DNA of 64,000 nucleotides from Syntrophales bacterium (GCA_963666365.2 CAXXNF010000002.1:1312001-1376000); one strand, 5' to 3'. Counted from the stretch's first letter, positions 30,140 to 40,807 are shown. The notes: generated by a model not told the origin, from the letters alone. Translations and numbers: made by a program.

Positions 30140-31807
30140 ATGGACTATCGACCCTGGCATGATCACTATGACTATTGCGTGCCGCCCACAACCCGGTATC
30201 CGCGCCTGGCCGTTCACGAGCTCCTCCAGGTGCCTGCCAATGCCTACCCCGACAAGGAAGCGCTTATCTTTGAGGGAACAACCATTACGTTCTGGCAGTT
30301 GCGCGAGCTTGTGCTTCGCATGGGGAATGCTCTCGGCTCGCTCGGCATAAAAAAAGGTGATCGTGTAGGAATACATTTGCCGACCTGTCCTCAATATGCC
30401 ATTGCCTATTATGCGGTTTTCTCGCTGGGCGCAATTGTCGTGAACCTCAACCCGATCTACACGGCGGATGAACTCACGGGAACTGTCAGTGCCACCGAGC
30501 CGGTTGCGCTTATCACCATCGACACTTCACTTCCCGTTATCAGAACACTTTTAAAGAAAACGAACATCCCTCTCATTGTCGTCACCCGCCTGGAGGATTT
30601 TTCCGGTCATGCAGAGAAGCGAACTGTGAAAGCGCCCGATCTTGATGACGGATGGCTCCATTTCTCGACCCTTCTCGAAGCAGCATCGAACAGAGGCCTT
30701 CCACGCACACACATCGCACCGGACGATCCCGCCCTTATCCAGTTCACGGGAGGCACCACGGGCATTCCGAAAGGCGCCGTCCTCACCCATGCAAATCTGA
30801 TTGCAGCAACATTTCAATATTATTTGTGGCTCGGGCCGATTTTTCAGATGTTTCCCGCAGAACGCCGTTCGACGCTTCTTGTCCTCCCCCTTTTCCACGT
30901 ATACGGAAATCTGATATTGAACGGATCCATCCTCGCATGCTGCACCCAGATCCTGATGCCGCGATTCCAGATCGACGAAGTAATGGAAACAATGGCGGGC
31001 TTTCCGGAGATAACCACCTTTCCCGCTGTCCCGACCATGATTACGGCACTACTCAACCATTCCCGCACTGAGGAGCTTGCCCTGGGAAAAAAGCTGGGAC
31101 TGCTGGGGTCAGGCGGTGCGCCGCTCCCTGTCTCGCTCATCGAACAGATCATGGACCTGGGGATCTTTTACCAGGAAGGCGCCGGCATGACGGAAACAGC
31201 CGCCATGGGTCATCTGTTGCCTGTCATGGGAATGAAAAAACCGGGAAGCATCGGACTCCCCGCCCCCGACATGGATGCCCGCCTCGTCGATCTCGTCGAT
31301 GGCATAGAGGATGTGCGCCAGGGGGAACCGGGTGAAATCATTTTCAAAGGACCGAACATCACGAAAGGGTACTGGGAAAATCCCGAAGAAACGGCCGGTC
31401 AGATACGGGACGGGTGGCTTTACACCGGTGACATTGCCGTCCGTGACGAAGACGGCTACGCCTTTATCGTGGATCGCAAAAAGGACATGATCATCGCCGG
31501 CGGCTTTAATATTTATCCCAGAGAAATCGATGAAGCCCTCTATCATCACCCGAAAGTGAAGGCCGCCGTCGCTGTGGGGATCCCCGACGAATACCGCGGA
31601 GAAACGGTCAAAGCCTTTGTGGTTCCTAAAGATGGGGAAACTTTGACCGAAGAGGAATTAAAGACCTATTGTAAAGAGAAGCTCGTCGCCTACAAGGTCC
31701 CCCGGTATTTTGAATTCAGGGACGAACTGCCCCAGTCGGCAGCGGGAAAGGTCCTCAGGAAGGTACTGAAGGATGAGGAACTCGCGAAAAAGCAGACAAA
31801 AGAATAA
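30140..31807 (+). CDS. Long-chain fatty acid-CoA ligase family protein
   Basis: FTGGTTGIPKG, GWLYTGD, DRKKDMI..GG.NIYP.EI, GKVLR. Confidence 0.9.
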   Translation: MDYRPWHDHYDYCVPPTTRYPRLAVHELLQVPANAYPDKEALIFEGTTITFWQLRELVLRMGNALGSLGIKKGDRVGIHLPTCPQYAIAYYAVFSLGAIVVNLNPIYTADELTGTVSATEPVALITIDTSLPVIRTLLKKTNIPLIVVTRLEDFSGHAEKRTVKAPDLDDGWLHFSTLLEAASNRGLPRTHIAPDDPALIQFTGGTTGIPKGAVLTHANLIAATFQYYLWLGPIFQMFPAERRSTLLVLPLFHVYGNLILNGSILACCTQILMPRFQIDEVMETMAGFPEITTFPAVPTMITALLNHSRTEELALGKKLGLLGSGGAPLPVSLIEQIMDLGIFYQEGAGMTETAAMGHLLPVMGMKKPGSIGLPAPDMDARLVDLVDGIEDVRQGEPGEIIFKGPNITKGYWENPEETAGQIRDGWLYTGDIAVRDEDGYAFIVDRKKDMIIAGGFNIYPREIDEALYHHPKVKAAVAVGIPDEYRGETVKAFVVPKDGETLTEEELKTYCKEKLVAYKVPRYFEFRDELPQSAAGKVLRKVLKDEELAKKQTKE

Positions 31808-31830
31808 AAGTTAGAAAAAGAAATTATGAA

Positions 31831-32814
31831 ATGAAAACAGTGATGATTACTCGGCGGGATGTTAAAAAAATTTTAACTCCCGCCTTGGCAAACGAAACCG
31901 TCGAATCGGCCTTTAGAGCCTATGGGCTGGGTCAGGCCGACATGCCGGCGAAAAGTTACCTACACTTCGAGAAAGGAGATCTACGGTCTATGCCCGCGTA
32001 CATCCACGGGCAGGGCTTTCGCATTGCCGGCATCAAGAGTGTCAATGTACACCCGCAAAATAAATCGCACAATCTCCCTACGGTTATGGCGGTGATTATT
32101 CTCATAGACCCGGAGAACGGATTCCCGCTGGCCATACTGGACGGCACCTGCCTGACGGCTATGCGCACCGGCGCCGCAGGGGCCGTGGCTGCAAAATATC
32201 TCAGCAGGGAAAATTCGAGGATTGCCGGATTTGCGGGTTGTGGCGTTCAGGCACGCACACAACTGTCCTGCCTCCTTGAAGTGCGCAGGATAGAAAAAGT
32301 CACAATCTGGCAGGTCAGCCAGGATGTGCAGTGTAGTGCTGATTTTAAAGAATGGGTGGAAAATACCTACCACCTCGAAACCTTTGTCTCGTCCGATATA
32401 GATAAAATAACTACAGAAGCGGACATTCTCGTCACCACCACGCCTTCCCGCAGCCCTTTGGTGACCCGCGTGTCACCGGGAACACACATCAATGCCATCG
32501 GCGCAGACGCAGTGGGAAAACAGGAAATCGATCCCCGAGTACTCAGAAAAGCAAAAATTGTCATTGACGACTGGTCACAGGCATCGCACAGCGGAGAAAT
32601 AAATGTTCCTCTCAGCAAAGGACAGATTACACAAGAGGATGTCTATACAGAGCTCGGACGCATTGCGGCGGGAAAAGCGGAAGGAAGAACATCGGAAGAT
32701 GAAATAACCCTTTTCGATGCAACAGGTCTTGCAATCCAGGATGTGTCCTGCGCCTATATCGTCTATAAGGAACTCAGGGATACAGGCACACTGCAAAAAA
32801 TTACACTGTTTTGA
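31831..32814 (+). CDS. Ornithine cyclodeaminase/mu-crystallin family, resembling archaeal-type alanine dehydrogenase
   Basis: K.YL.F..GDLRSMPAY, KSVNVHP.N, TAMRTGAAG, HINAIGAD..GKQE, FDATG.AIQD. Confidence 0.82.
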   Translation: MKTVMITRRDVKKILTPALANETVESAFRAYGLGQADMPAKSYLHFEKGDLRSMPAYIHGQGFRIAGIKSVNVHPQNKSHNLPTVMAVIILIDPENGFPLAILDGTCLTAMRTGAAGAVAAKYLSRENSRIAGFAGCGVQARTQLSCLLEVRRIEKVTIWQVSQDVQCSADFKEWVENTYHLETFVSSDIDKITTEADILVTTTPSRSPLVTRVSPGTHINAIGADAVGKQEIDPRVLRKAKIVIDDWSQASHSGEINVPLSKGQITQEDVYTELGRIAAGKAEGRTSEDEITLFDATGLAIQDVSCAYIVYKELRDTGTLQKITLF

Positions 32815-32844
32815 TGACGAGCCGCTCCCCTTCAAACCGGCATG

Positions 32845-33138
32845 CTACTCCCAGGTGGCTCGTTTCAGCATCTCGTCAAATTCTTTTACGTCGACCGCAG
32901 GCAGTGTGGTGAAGGCGATTCCCGTAAGACGATTCAGCGCAACCGAAGTTTCCATGGCCTGCCCTGGACTGGGGAACTCCAGTATCAGTATCAGATCGTA
33001 CTCACCCAAAAGCCCGTAAATGTGCATTACCTTTCCCCCATACTTCTCCACCAGCATGACGGCCTTCTCGGTCCGCTCACTGCTTGCCTCCTTTAACGCT
33101 TCCTGAGAATACTTTCCCAGCATTACAAACGTTCTCAT
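32845..33138 (-). CDS. GYD-domain protein
   Basis: 97 aa, YGLLGEYD motif. Confidence 0.8.
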   Translation of the reverse strand: MRTFVMLGKYSQEALKEASSERTEKAVMLVEKYGGKVMHIYGLLGEYDLILILEFPSPGQAMETSVALNRLTGIAFTTLPAVDVKEFDEMLKRATWE

Positions 33139-33182
33139 AATGATCCCCCCTGTGCCGGCGAGGCCGGCTGTTCATGTGTAAA

Positions 33183-33231
33183 GTTCTACGTTCTATGTTC
33201 TATGTTCTATGTTCTACGTTCTATGTGCTAT
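33183..33231. repeat. Heptamer microsatellite (GTTCTAY)x7
   Basis: gttctac gttctat gttctat gttctat gttctac gttctat gtgctat. Confidence 0.95.
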
Positions 33232-33391
33232 GATACGCGGCGTTCCCAATCAGCATCTCTTTATTCTTTGCTTGCAGTGTATAACCTATTTACTGTATTT
33301 TCAACCCCAGACCTTCCGACTTCCTTTACTACACCAGGGGAACCGCAAAAACATCGAACTTTGAGCAGTTTCCGTGACACCCCTTTATATC

Positions 33392-33420
33392 TTGACACCT
33401 TTTTTCCATAGTGATACTGT
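33392..33420 (+). promoter_or_regulatory. Candidate sigma70 promoter of glyQS
   Basis: TTGACA-17-TACTGT with an extended -10 TG. Confidence 0.55.
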
Positions 33421-33463
33421 CCGGCCGATTTATTAACGATTTGACCATACTAAGGAGGCTACG

Positions 33464-34345
33464 GTGACCTTTCAGGAACTCATACTGGCCCTGAGCACAT
33501 ACTGGGCCGACCAGGGATGCATTATTCAACAGCCCTACGACATCGAGGTCGGCGCCGGCACATTCAATCCCGCCACATTTCTCAGGTCCCTGGGGCCTGA
33601 ACCGTGGAATGTGGCCTACGTGGAACCATCACGACGGCCCACCGACGGAAGATACGGTGAAAATCCAAATCGGCTGCAGCACTATTACCAGTATCAGGTG
33701 ATCATGAAACCGTCACCGATGAACATTCAGGATCTTTACCTGAATTCGCTCAAAAGCTTCGGCATCGATCCGCTGGACCACGACATTCGGTTTGTCGAAG
33801 ACGACTGGGAATCACCCACACTGGGCGCATGGGGCCTGGGCTGGGAGGTCTGGCTCGACGGCATGGAGATTACCCAGTTCACCTACTTTCAGCAGGTGGG
33901 AGGGATCGATCTGAATCCGATCTGCTGTGAAATCACCTACGGCATAGAGCGGATCGCTATGTATCTTCAGAACGTGGACAATGTCTATCACTTACAGTGG
34001 GGACACGGTGTCACCTACGGCGATGTCCACCACCGGAGCGAAGTGGAATTTTCCACCTACAACTTTGAATACGCCGATGTGAACATGCTCAGGACGCTTT
34101 TCACCATGTACGAAGAAGAGGCGGAAAAAATGGCCGGCCGAAACCTGGTCCTTCCCGCCTACGATTACTGCCTCAAATGTTCCCATGTCTTCAATATTCT
34201 CGACGCACGGGGCGCAATCAGCGTGACCGAGCGGACAAGCTACATCGGGCGGGTACGCAACCTGGCCCGGCTTTCCGCCGAGGGATACGTGAAACAGCGT
34301 GAAGAGATGGGCTACCCGCTCATGGGGAAGTGGAACAGCAAATAA
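33464..34345 (+). CDS. glyQ: Glycine-tRNA ligase alpha subunit
   Basis: TFQELIL.L..YW...[27 protein letters not shown]. Confidence 0.98.
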   Translation: MTFQELILALSTYWADQGCIIQQPYDIEVGAGTFNPATFLRSLGPEPWNVAYVEPSRRPTDGRYGENPNRLQHYYQYQVIMKPSPMNIQDLYLNSLKSFGIDPLDHDIRFVEDDWESPTLGAWGLGWEVWLDGMEITQFTYFQQVGGIDLNPICCEITYGIERIAMYLQNVDNVYHLQWGHGVTYGDVHHRSEVEFSTYNFEYADVNMLRTLFTMYEEEAEKMAGRNLVLPAYDYCLKCSHVFNILDARGAISVTERTSYIGRVRNLARLSAEGYVKQREEMGYPLMGKWNSK

Positions 34346-34373
34346 CCAGCGACACTGCAAAAAGGGACATCTC

Positions 34374-36446
34374 ATGGCCAAAGAACTATTATTGGAAATT
34401 GGAACCGAAGAAATACCGGCAGCCTTTCTGCCGAAGGCGCTCCGCGACATGGCGCAGATGATCGGCCGCACACTGAATGAATTGCATATCCCCCATGGTG
34501 AAGTCACCACCATGGGCACTCCGCGGAGGCTTGTCATGTCCGTGGCCGATGTGGCCGTACGACAGGAAGACCAGGTAGTCGAAAAAATGGGACCGGCGGT
34601 CCGGGTCGCCTTTGACGAGACAGGAACCCCCACCAGGGCCGCCCAGGGCTTTGCCCGGGGACAGGGACTCGAGGTGTCCGAACTGGAAAGGATAACCACC
34701 GAAAAAGGAGAGTACCTGGTGGCCCGTAAAAAGATTGCCGGGGATGACGCCGCCACGATTCTCGCATCATTCCTGCCCGATTTCATCAAGGCCATCCCCT
34801 TCCAGAAATCTATGCGATGGATGGACCTGGATATCCGTTTTGCACGGCCTATCCACTGGATAGTGGCACTCTTCGGCGGCGAGGTGATTCCCTTCACCCT
34901 TGAAAACATCAGAAGCGGGAATACCAGCAGGGGACACCGATTCATGAAACCGGACACCTTCGAGGTAGCTGATTTTGACGACTACCTCAAAAAGACGGAA
35001 GCGCACTTCGTGATCGTCGATCCCGAACGGCGCAAATCAATCATTATGGAAGAGGCCAGAAAAGCGGCGGCGGCCGTCTCCGGCGCCGTTTTGGAGAATG
35101 ACAGGCTGCTGGACGAAGTTGCCTATCTCATCGAATATCCTTCGGTGGTATGCGGCGCCTTTGACAAGGAATTTCTTGCACTGCCCCGTGAAGTACTCAT
35201 CACTTCAATGATGAAACACCAGAAATACTTCGCCGTCACCGACGGAGCGGACCGGCTGCTTCCTCACTTCATCACCGTCAACAACACCGTGGCAAAGGAT
35301 CCCGCAGTGGTTGCCGCGGGCAATCAGAAGGTTCTGCGGGCGCGACTGGCCGATGCCCGGTTCTTTTTTGACGAAGACCAGAAGAAGCCCCTGGCGGACC
35401 GTCTGGACGACCTCAAACACGTGGTCTTCCACAGCCTTCTGGGCACGTCCTATGAAAAGGTCATGCGATTCCGTGAACTGGCACTATACATCGCGGAGCG
35501 GATCGCCCCGCAACGGATGGCACTGGTGGATCGAACGGCCCTTCTCTGCAAGGCCGATCTCGAAACCCAGATGGTGTATGAGTTTACGGAACTGCAGGGT
35601 GTCATGGGTCGGGAATACGCCCGTCTTGACGGAGAAGATCCCGAGGTGTCCACCGCAATCTACGAGCACTACCTGCCCGTGGCCGCCGGCGGTGAGCTTC
35701 CCGGAACCGACACGGGATCGATCGTCAGTATCGCCGACAAGACCGACACCATCACGGGTTGCTTCAGCGTCAATCTCATTCCCACGGGAACGGCCGATCC
35801 TTACGCGCTTCGGCGGCAGTCCCTGGGCATTATAAATATTATTTTGAACAAAGCCTATCCCCTGCGAATCGACGACATTGTCGATAAAAGCCTGGCCATA
35901 CTTTCCGACAAGCTCAAGCGTCCTGCCGACGAAGCAAAGAAAGATGTGATGGAATTTTTCAAGGGACGTTTTGAAAACCAGCTTATTGCTCAGGGACATC
36001 CCTACGACGTCGTCGACGCCGTGCTGGCCATCGATGGCGCCGATCTGGTACGGACCCTCAGCCGAATCGAAGCGGTGGAGGCGTTCAAGAGCCACCCTGA
36101 CTTCGAGCCGCTGGTAATCGCCTTTAAACGGGTGGTCAATATCCTCAAGGATTATAAAGGCGGCCCTGTTGATGCCGCGTTCTTCGAAGGCAACGAAGAG
36201 CGCAATCTCTACGGCGCCTTTGTTGACATCCGTGAGAAGGCAGCGGCAGCCATCGACGAGGATCGCTACAGCGATGCGCTGATCGAAATGGCCCGCCTGA
36301 GAAAACCGGTGGACGCCTTCTTCGATACCGTGCTTGTCATGGCCGAAGATGAAAAAGTCCGCACCAACCGGCTTTCGCTTCTGGCCGGTCTCAAGGGACT
36401 CTTTTTCAGAATTGCCGATTTTTCGAAAATCGTCACCGAGAAATAG
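34374..36446 (+). CDS. glyS: Glycine-tRNA ligase beta subunit
   Basis: LLLEIGTEEIPA, TPRRL, M..HQKYF, EF.ELQG.MG, DPYALRR, NRL.LL. Confidence 0.97.
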   Translation: MAKELLLEIGTEEIPAAFLPKALRDMAQMIGRTLNELHIPHGEVTTMGTPRRLVMSVADVAVRQEDQVVEKMGPAVRVAFDETGTPTRAAQGFARGQGLEVSELERITTEKGEYLVARKKIAGDDAATILASFLPDFIKAIPFQKSMRWMDLDIRFARPIHWIVALFGGEVIPFTLENIRSGNTSRGHRFMKPDTFEVADFDDYLKKTEAHFVIVDPERRKSIIMEEARKAAAAVSGAVLENDRLLDEVAYLIEYPSVVCGAFDKEFLALPREVLITSMMKHQKYFAVTDGADRLLPHFITVNNTVAKDPAVVAAGNQKVLRARLADARFFFDEDQKKPLADRLDDLKHVVFHSLLGTSYEKVMRFRELALYIAERIAPQRMALVDRTALLCKADLETQMVYEFTELQGVMGREYARLDGEDPEVSTAIYEHYLPVAAGGELPGTDTGSIVSIADKTDTITGCFSVNLIPTGTADPYALRRQSLGIINIILNKAYPLRIDDIVDKSLAILSDKLKRPADEAKKDVMEFFKGRFENQLIAQGHPYDVVDAVLAIDGADLVRTLSRIEAVEAFKSHPDFEPLVIAFKRVVNILKDYKGGPVDAAFFEGNEERNLYGAFVDIREKAAAAIDEDRYSDALIEMARLRKPVDAFFDTVLVMAEDEKVRTNRLSLLAGLKGLFFRIADFSKIVTEK

Positions 36447-36447
36447 C

Positions 36448-36501
36448 ATAGGGACACTTCCCTTTTTAAAGTGAACTTTAAAAAGGGGGAAGTGTCCCTA
36501 T
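36448..36501. repeat. REP-like palindrome (ATAGGGACACTTCCC arms), possible bidirectional terminator
   Basis: About 25-bp arms with a 2-nt bulge between convergent genes; same arms at 52497-52556. Confidence 0.85.
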
Positions 36502-36789
36502 TTTTTCTTCTACCGACTTGACCTTTCCTTCGAGGCGGCCGGAAGCGCCTTTCCGGTAATCTGCTCGAAGGGTGAGATAGACGCGGTCGGAATCCCTCTG
36601 CAGTTCTTCGAAACAGCGGTTCACAAGATCCATTACCTCAGCCCACTCCCCCTCGACGCTGGTTCCCATGGGACCGAGTCTGCAGGCGAGTCCGCTTTCC
36701 CTGATAATCCGTACCACCCGCGCCACATAGGGGCTGACACTGATCTCCTTATCGGTGGGAAAAATCGCAAAATCGATAAGCACACTCAT
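36478..36789 (-). CDS. MTH1187/YkoF thiamine-binding family protein
   Basis: F.IFP....SVSPYVA, GPMGTSVEG, DYRKG...RL.GKV.SV. Confidence 0.88.
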   Translation of the reverse strand: MSVLIDFAIFPTDKEISVSPYVARVVRIIRESGLACRLGPMGTSVEGEWAEVMDLVNRCFEELQRDSDRVYLTLRADYRKGASGRLEGKVKSVEEKIGTLPPF

Positions 36790-36888
36790 CGTACACTCCT
36801 TTTTATACTTTCTTCCGTACTTGTTTCTTTGAAAAGAAAGTGTTAGCATCCCGTGCATGATAGCACAGCACACAAAGGAGAGAAACAT

Positions 36889-37857
36889 ATGATTGATGAG
36901 ATAATGAAGGGGTTTTACCGGATCGAGGTACCCCTGCCCAACAGCCCCCTGAAGGAACTCAATTCATACGTCATTAAAGCGGACGACCGAAATCTGATTA
37001 TCGATACGGGATTCAACCGCACCGTCTGCCTGGAGGCAATGGAGGCGGGAATCAAAGCCCTGGATATCGATCTGTCCAGGACGGACTTTTTTATAACCCA
37101 CATGCACGCCGATCACGCGGGATTGGTGACGCGCCTTGCCACCGACACAAGCACCATCTACTTCAGCAGAGTGGACTCTCAGGTGTTTAAGCGTGAAGGC
37201 GGCTGGGAACCCATGGTTGCCTTCGCCGGAATCAACGGCTTCCCTTACGATGAGTTGATGAAGGCGCTTCACAATCACCCCGGTTTTAAATACAGTCCGG
37301 AAACAATACCTGAATTTCACCTGATCGACGATGGCGATGTAGTAGAAATAGGCAACTACCGTTTTCACTGCGTGGCAACGCCCGGTCATACTCAGGGACA
37401 CATCTGCCTCTATGAAAAGGACAGGAAAACGTTCCTCTCGGGCGATCACATCCTCTACGACATCACCCCCCACATCGAATCCTGGGCCTACCAGACAAAT
37501 TCCCTTCGGGATTATATCGACAGTCTCGACAAGGTCTATGATTTTCCCGTTGATATCGTACTTCCGGGACATCGCAGTTTTTTCACCGATTTCAGGGGCC
37601 GGATCGATGCGCTGAAAAAGCACCACGAAGATCGCGCCGATGAAACACTGGAAGTCTTGGGAAACTCCCAGAAAAACGCCTATCAGATTGCGGCCGGTAT
37701 GACCTGGGATATCGATTGCGAAAGCTGGGACCTCTTTCCTATCGCTCAGAAGTGGTTCGCCACCGGCGAGGCTATTGCCCACCTGCGCTACCTTGAGGGC
37801 GAGGGGAGGGTTCACCGAAACACCGACACCGAAATCGTCACCTTTTCGGCGGCATGA
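36889..37857 (+). CDS. MBL-fold metallo-hydrolase with C-terminal winged helix
   Basis: THMHADHAG, TPGHT, GDH, PGH, E..AHL.YL. Confidence 0.88.
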   Translation: MIDEIMKGFYRIEVPLPNSPLKELNSYVIKADDRNLIIDTGFNRTVCLEAMEAGIKALDIDLSRTDFFITHMHADHAGLVTRLATDTSTIYFSRVDSQVFKREGGWEPMVAFAGINGFPYDELMKALHNHPGFKYSPETIPEFHLIDDGDVVEIGNYRFHCVATPGHTQGHICLYEKDRKTFLSGDHILYDITPHIESWAYQTNSLRDYIDSLDKVYDFPVDIVLPGHRSFFTDFRGRIDALKKHHEDRADETLEVLGNSQKNAYQIAAGMTWDIDCESWDLFPIAQKWFATGEAIAHLRYLEGEGRVHRNTDTEIVTFSAA

Positions 37858-37893
37858 TTGCATAGCAGAACGATTGTTCATGGAGGCATTTGC

Positions 37894-38694
37894 ATGGCGC
37901 AACGTGTGCGGGGTAAAATCGCTATCATAGTGGGCGCCGGCCAGACACCGGGAGATACGATAGGGAACGGACGGGCGATGGCGATTCTCTTTGCCCGGGA
38001 GGGGGCTGACGTACTGCTGGTGGATCGACGTCCGGAATCCGCTGAAGAAACTCGGAATATGATAGAGGACGAAGGAGGAACGGCTTCTGTCTTTGAAGCC
38101 GACATCACAAAAACGGAGGATTGCAAAAATATCGCCGATGCCTGTGTCGGCCGGCACGGACGAATCGATATCCTTGTAAACAATGCCGGAACCGGCCGGG
38201 GGGACGGTGGGGCGGTAAGGCTGTCCGAAGATGCCTGGGATAACATATTCAACCTCAATCTCAAGGCGATGTACCGCACCTGCAAATATGTGCTTCCTGT
38301 TATGGAAGCCCAGGAATCCGGCGTAATAATAAATATCTCTTCAATAGCGGCAATCTGCGCCGCACGAATGCTCGCCTACAAGGCATCAAAGGCGGGGGTC
38401 AACGCCCTGACCCATATGATCGCGATGACTTACGCAAGAAAAGGAATCCGCTGCAATGCCATCATGCCGGGCCTCATGGAAACCCCCATGGCGATCGAAG
38501 GAATCTCAGGGGCATTGGGAATCGACAAAGCAGAATTAATCAAACAACGGGGGGCGGCGGTTCCCCTTAGAGGGGGAATGGGAACCGCCTGGGATACGGC
38601 CTATGCGGCACTTTTCCTTGCCTCCGATGAGGCGAAATTCATCACGTCGGTCATACTCCCGGTCGACGGGGGACAGTCTGCTCGGATCGGATAA
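37894..38694 (+). CDS. Short-chain dehydrogenase/reductase
   Basis: GAG...IGNG, NNAG, YKASK, VDGG. Confidence 0.9.
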   Translation: MAQRVRGKIAIIVGAGQTPGDTIGNGRAMAILFAREGADVLLVDRRPESAEETRNMIEDEGGTASVFEADITKTEDCKNIADACVGRHGRIDILVNNAGTGRGDGGAVRLSEDAWDNIFNLNLKAMYRTCKYVLPVMEAQESGVIINISSIAAICAARMLAYKASKAGVNALTHMIAMTYARKGIRCNAIMPGLMETPMAIEGISGALGIDKAELIKQRGAAVPLRGGMGTAWDTAYAALFLASDEAKFITSVILPVDGGQSARIG

Positions 38695-38716
38695 AACAAA
38701 AAAGGAGCAATAGAGA

Positions 38717-39259
38717 ATGGCACGAGTGGCAATGCTGGAAATGGATCAGGTCAGCGGAGAACTGCGAGACCGCTTTCAAAAAATGGAAGAACGCGGATTC
38801 GAAGTGCTCAATCTGTTCAAGGTGATGGCAAACAGTCCGGTGGTCGGCCGCGACTTTCTGAGGCTCGGCAATTCCATACTTTTTAAAGGCAGCGTGGAAC
38901 CCCGATTACGGGAACTGGCAATTCTCCGTGTGGGAAATCTGGCAAAGGCCATCTACGAATGGACACAGCATGTGCCTATGGCGCGGCAGGCCGGCCTCAC
39001 GAAGGAGCAGATCGATGCCATACCGAACTGGAACGGATCGAATCTTTTCAGCGAACAAGAACGGGCCGTTCTTCAATATACCGACGAAGTGGCCGAAACA
39101 ATTCGTGTCAGCGATGACACGTTTCAGGGAATAAAAAAATTTCTCACGGAGGAACAGATCGTGGAACTTACCACGACTATAGGATATTACGGCATGGTAT
39201 CCCGCATATTGGAGGCGCTCCAGGTGGAATTGGAAGACTCGCGGCTCTGCGGGAGATAA
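38717..39259 (+). CDS. Carboxymuconolactone decarboxylase (AhpD-like) family protein
   Basis: RELAILRV.....YEW.QH motif. Confidence 0.85.
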   Translation: MARVAMLEMDQVSGELRDRFQKMEERGFEVLNLFKVMANSPVVGRDFLRLGNSILFKGSVEPRLRELAILRVGNLAKAIYEWTQHVPMARQAGLTKEQIDAIPNWNGSNLFSEQERAVLQYTDEVAETIRVSDDTFQGIKKFLTEEQIVELTTTIGYYGMVSRILEALQVELEDSRLCGR

Positions 39260-39298
39260 AAGATTTCAACATTTCAAAAAGGGGGGGGGGGAAACATC

Positions 39299-40807
39299 AT
39301 GAACATCGCAGAACTTTCGGCACGCGAAATCGAACGATTCGGAGAACATGCAGCACTGATATTCGAAGACCGCAGCTTCACGAATGTGGAAATGAAAAAG
39401 GCCTCGGCACGACTGGGCAACGCCCTGAAGGGGCTTGGGGTCAAACGGGGGGATCGGGTCATCATACAGATGCCCAACTGTCCGGAGGTAATTCAGGGAT
39501 TTTACGCCGTCTATGGTATCGGCGCCGTGGTGGTTCCCATCAATTTCCTTGTGGGCGATGCCGAAACCGCGTACATTTATCAGGACACCGGCGCCGAAAC
39601 CATTATCAGCTCTGCGGAGTTTCTGCCCAAGATCGATGCCTGCCGGAAAGAGGCGCCGGCCATCAAGAACATCATCCTCATCGACAAAGAAACGCCGCCC
39701 GACGCCCTCTCCTACCATGAACTTCTCAGCAGAAATTCTGATGAGTTGGAACTTGAACCTACAGGCGACGACGATCTTGCCGCGCTGATCTATACGGCGG
39801 GAACGACAGGCAATCCGAAAGGGGTTATGCATACTCACGGCAGCCTCTATGCCAATGCAAAAATGCAATACGACACACTCGATCTTCCTTCGGGAATGAC
39901 CAGCATCGGCGTCCTGCCACTCTGCCATTCTTACGGCATCGCCAGCATGAACTACGGCGCCCTCCTGGGAGGTGGAACGGCGGTGATCATTCCATCTTTC
40001 GATCTGGACAAGGTCTTTGCCTCCATCGAAAAATACAAGGCCAACGTCATGGCCGCCGTTCCCACTATGTATATCTATATGCTCCTCTCGCCTCAGCTGC
40101 AAAACTACGACATCAGTTCCATGAAGTACTGGACCTGCGGGTCGGCCCCGCTCACCCTCGATACCTGGAACAGCTTCAAAGAGAAATTCGGGTACGAGAT
40201 CATCGAAGGCTGGGGGCTCACCGAAGCCGGCGCCAACAACTCCGTCAACCCCTTTCACGGCAAGAAAAAGGTCGGCTCCATCGGGTTGCCCATGAAGGGA
40301 ACCATAATGAAGGTCATCGATTTTTCGGGAAAGGAGCTTCCCGACGGAGAAGAGGGGGAGATCATCATTTCCGGTCCCATGCTGATGAAGGGATATTGGA
40401 ACAAGCCGAAGGAAACCGGGGAAGTGCTGAAAAACGGATGGCTCTATACCGGCGACGTAGGATACCGGGACAACGAAGGATATTTCTTCATCACCGGACG
40501 AAAGAAAGACATCATTATCAAAGGGGGGGAAAACATCGCCCCGAAAGAAATCGAAGAAGTGCTCTTCACTCACCCGAAGGTCTCGGAGGCAGCAGTCATC
40601 GGAGTCAAAGACGATGTCTACGGTGAAAACATCAAGGCCTTTGTCGTCCTGATGCCCGGAGAAAGCGCAGACCCGGAAGAACTTATCACCCACTGCGCCG
40701 AAAAATTGAGTAAATTCAAACTCCCGAAAGAAGTAGCCTTTTTAGACGCCCTGCCCAAAAATCTCGTCGGCAAGGTACTGAAAAAAGAACTGAGAAAAAT
40801 GGGATAG
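39299..40807 (+). CDS. AMP-dependent acyl-CoA synthetase
   Basis: YTAGTTGNPKG, EGWGLTE, GWLYTGD, RKKDIII.GGEN, GKVLK. Confidence 0.9.
   Translation: MNIAELSAREIERFGEHAALIFEDRSFTNVEMKKASARLGNALKGLGVKRGDRVIIQMPNCPEVIQGFYAVYGIGAVVVPINFLVGDAETAYIYQDTGAETIISSAEFLPKIDACRKEAPAIKNIILIDKETPPDALSYHELLSRNSDELELEPTGDDDLAALIYTAGTTGNPKGVMHTHGSLYANAKMQYDTLDLPSGMTSIGVLPLCHSYGIASMNYGALLGGGTAVIIPSFDLDKVFASIEKYKANVMAAVPTMYIYMLLSPQLQNYDISSMKYWTCGSAPLTLDTWNSFKEKFGYEIIEGWGLTEAGANNSVNPFHGKKKVGSIGLPMKGTIMKVIDFSGKELPDGEEGEIIISGPMLMKGYWNKPKETGEVLKNGWLYTGDVGYRDNEGYFFITGRKKDIIIKGGENIAPKEIEEVLFTHPKVSEAAVIGVKDDVYGENIKAFVVLMPGESADPEELITHCAEKLSKFKLPKEVAFLDALPKNLVGKVLKKELRKMG

Noticed and set aside
33183..33231. Possible CRISPR array
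   Set aside because: 7-bp contiguous units with no spacers and no cas genes
33232..33463. T-box leader for glyQS
   Set aside because: No T-box consensus or terminator, and the candidate promoter is only about 45 bp from the start
39266..40693. 475-aa minus-strand ORF
   Set aside because: Antisense shadow of the acyl-CoA synthetase
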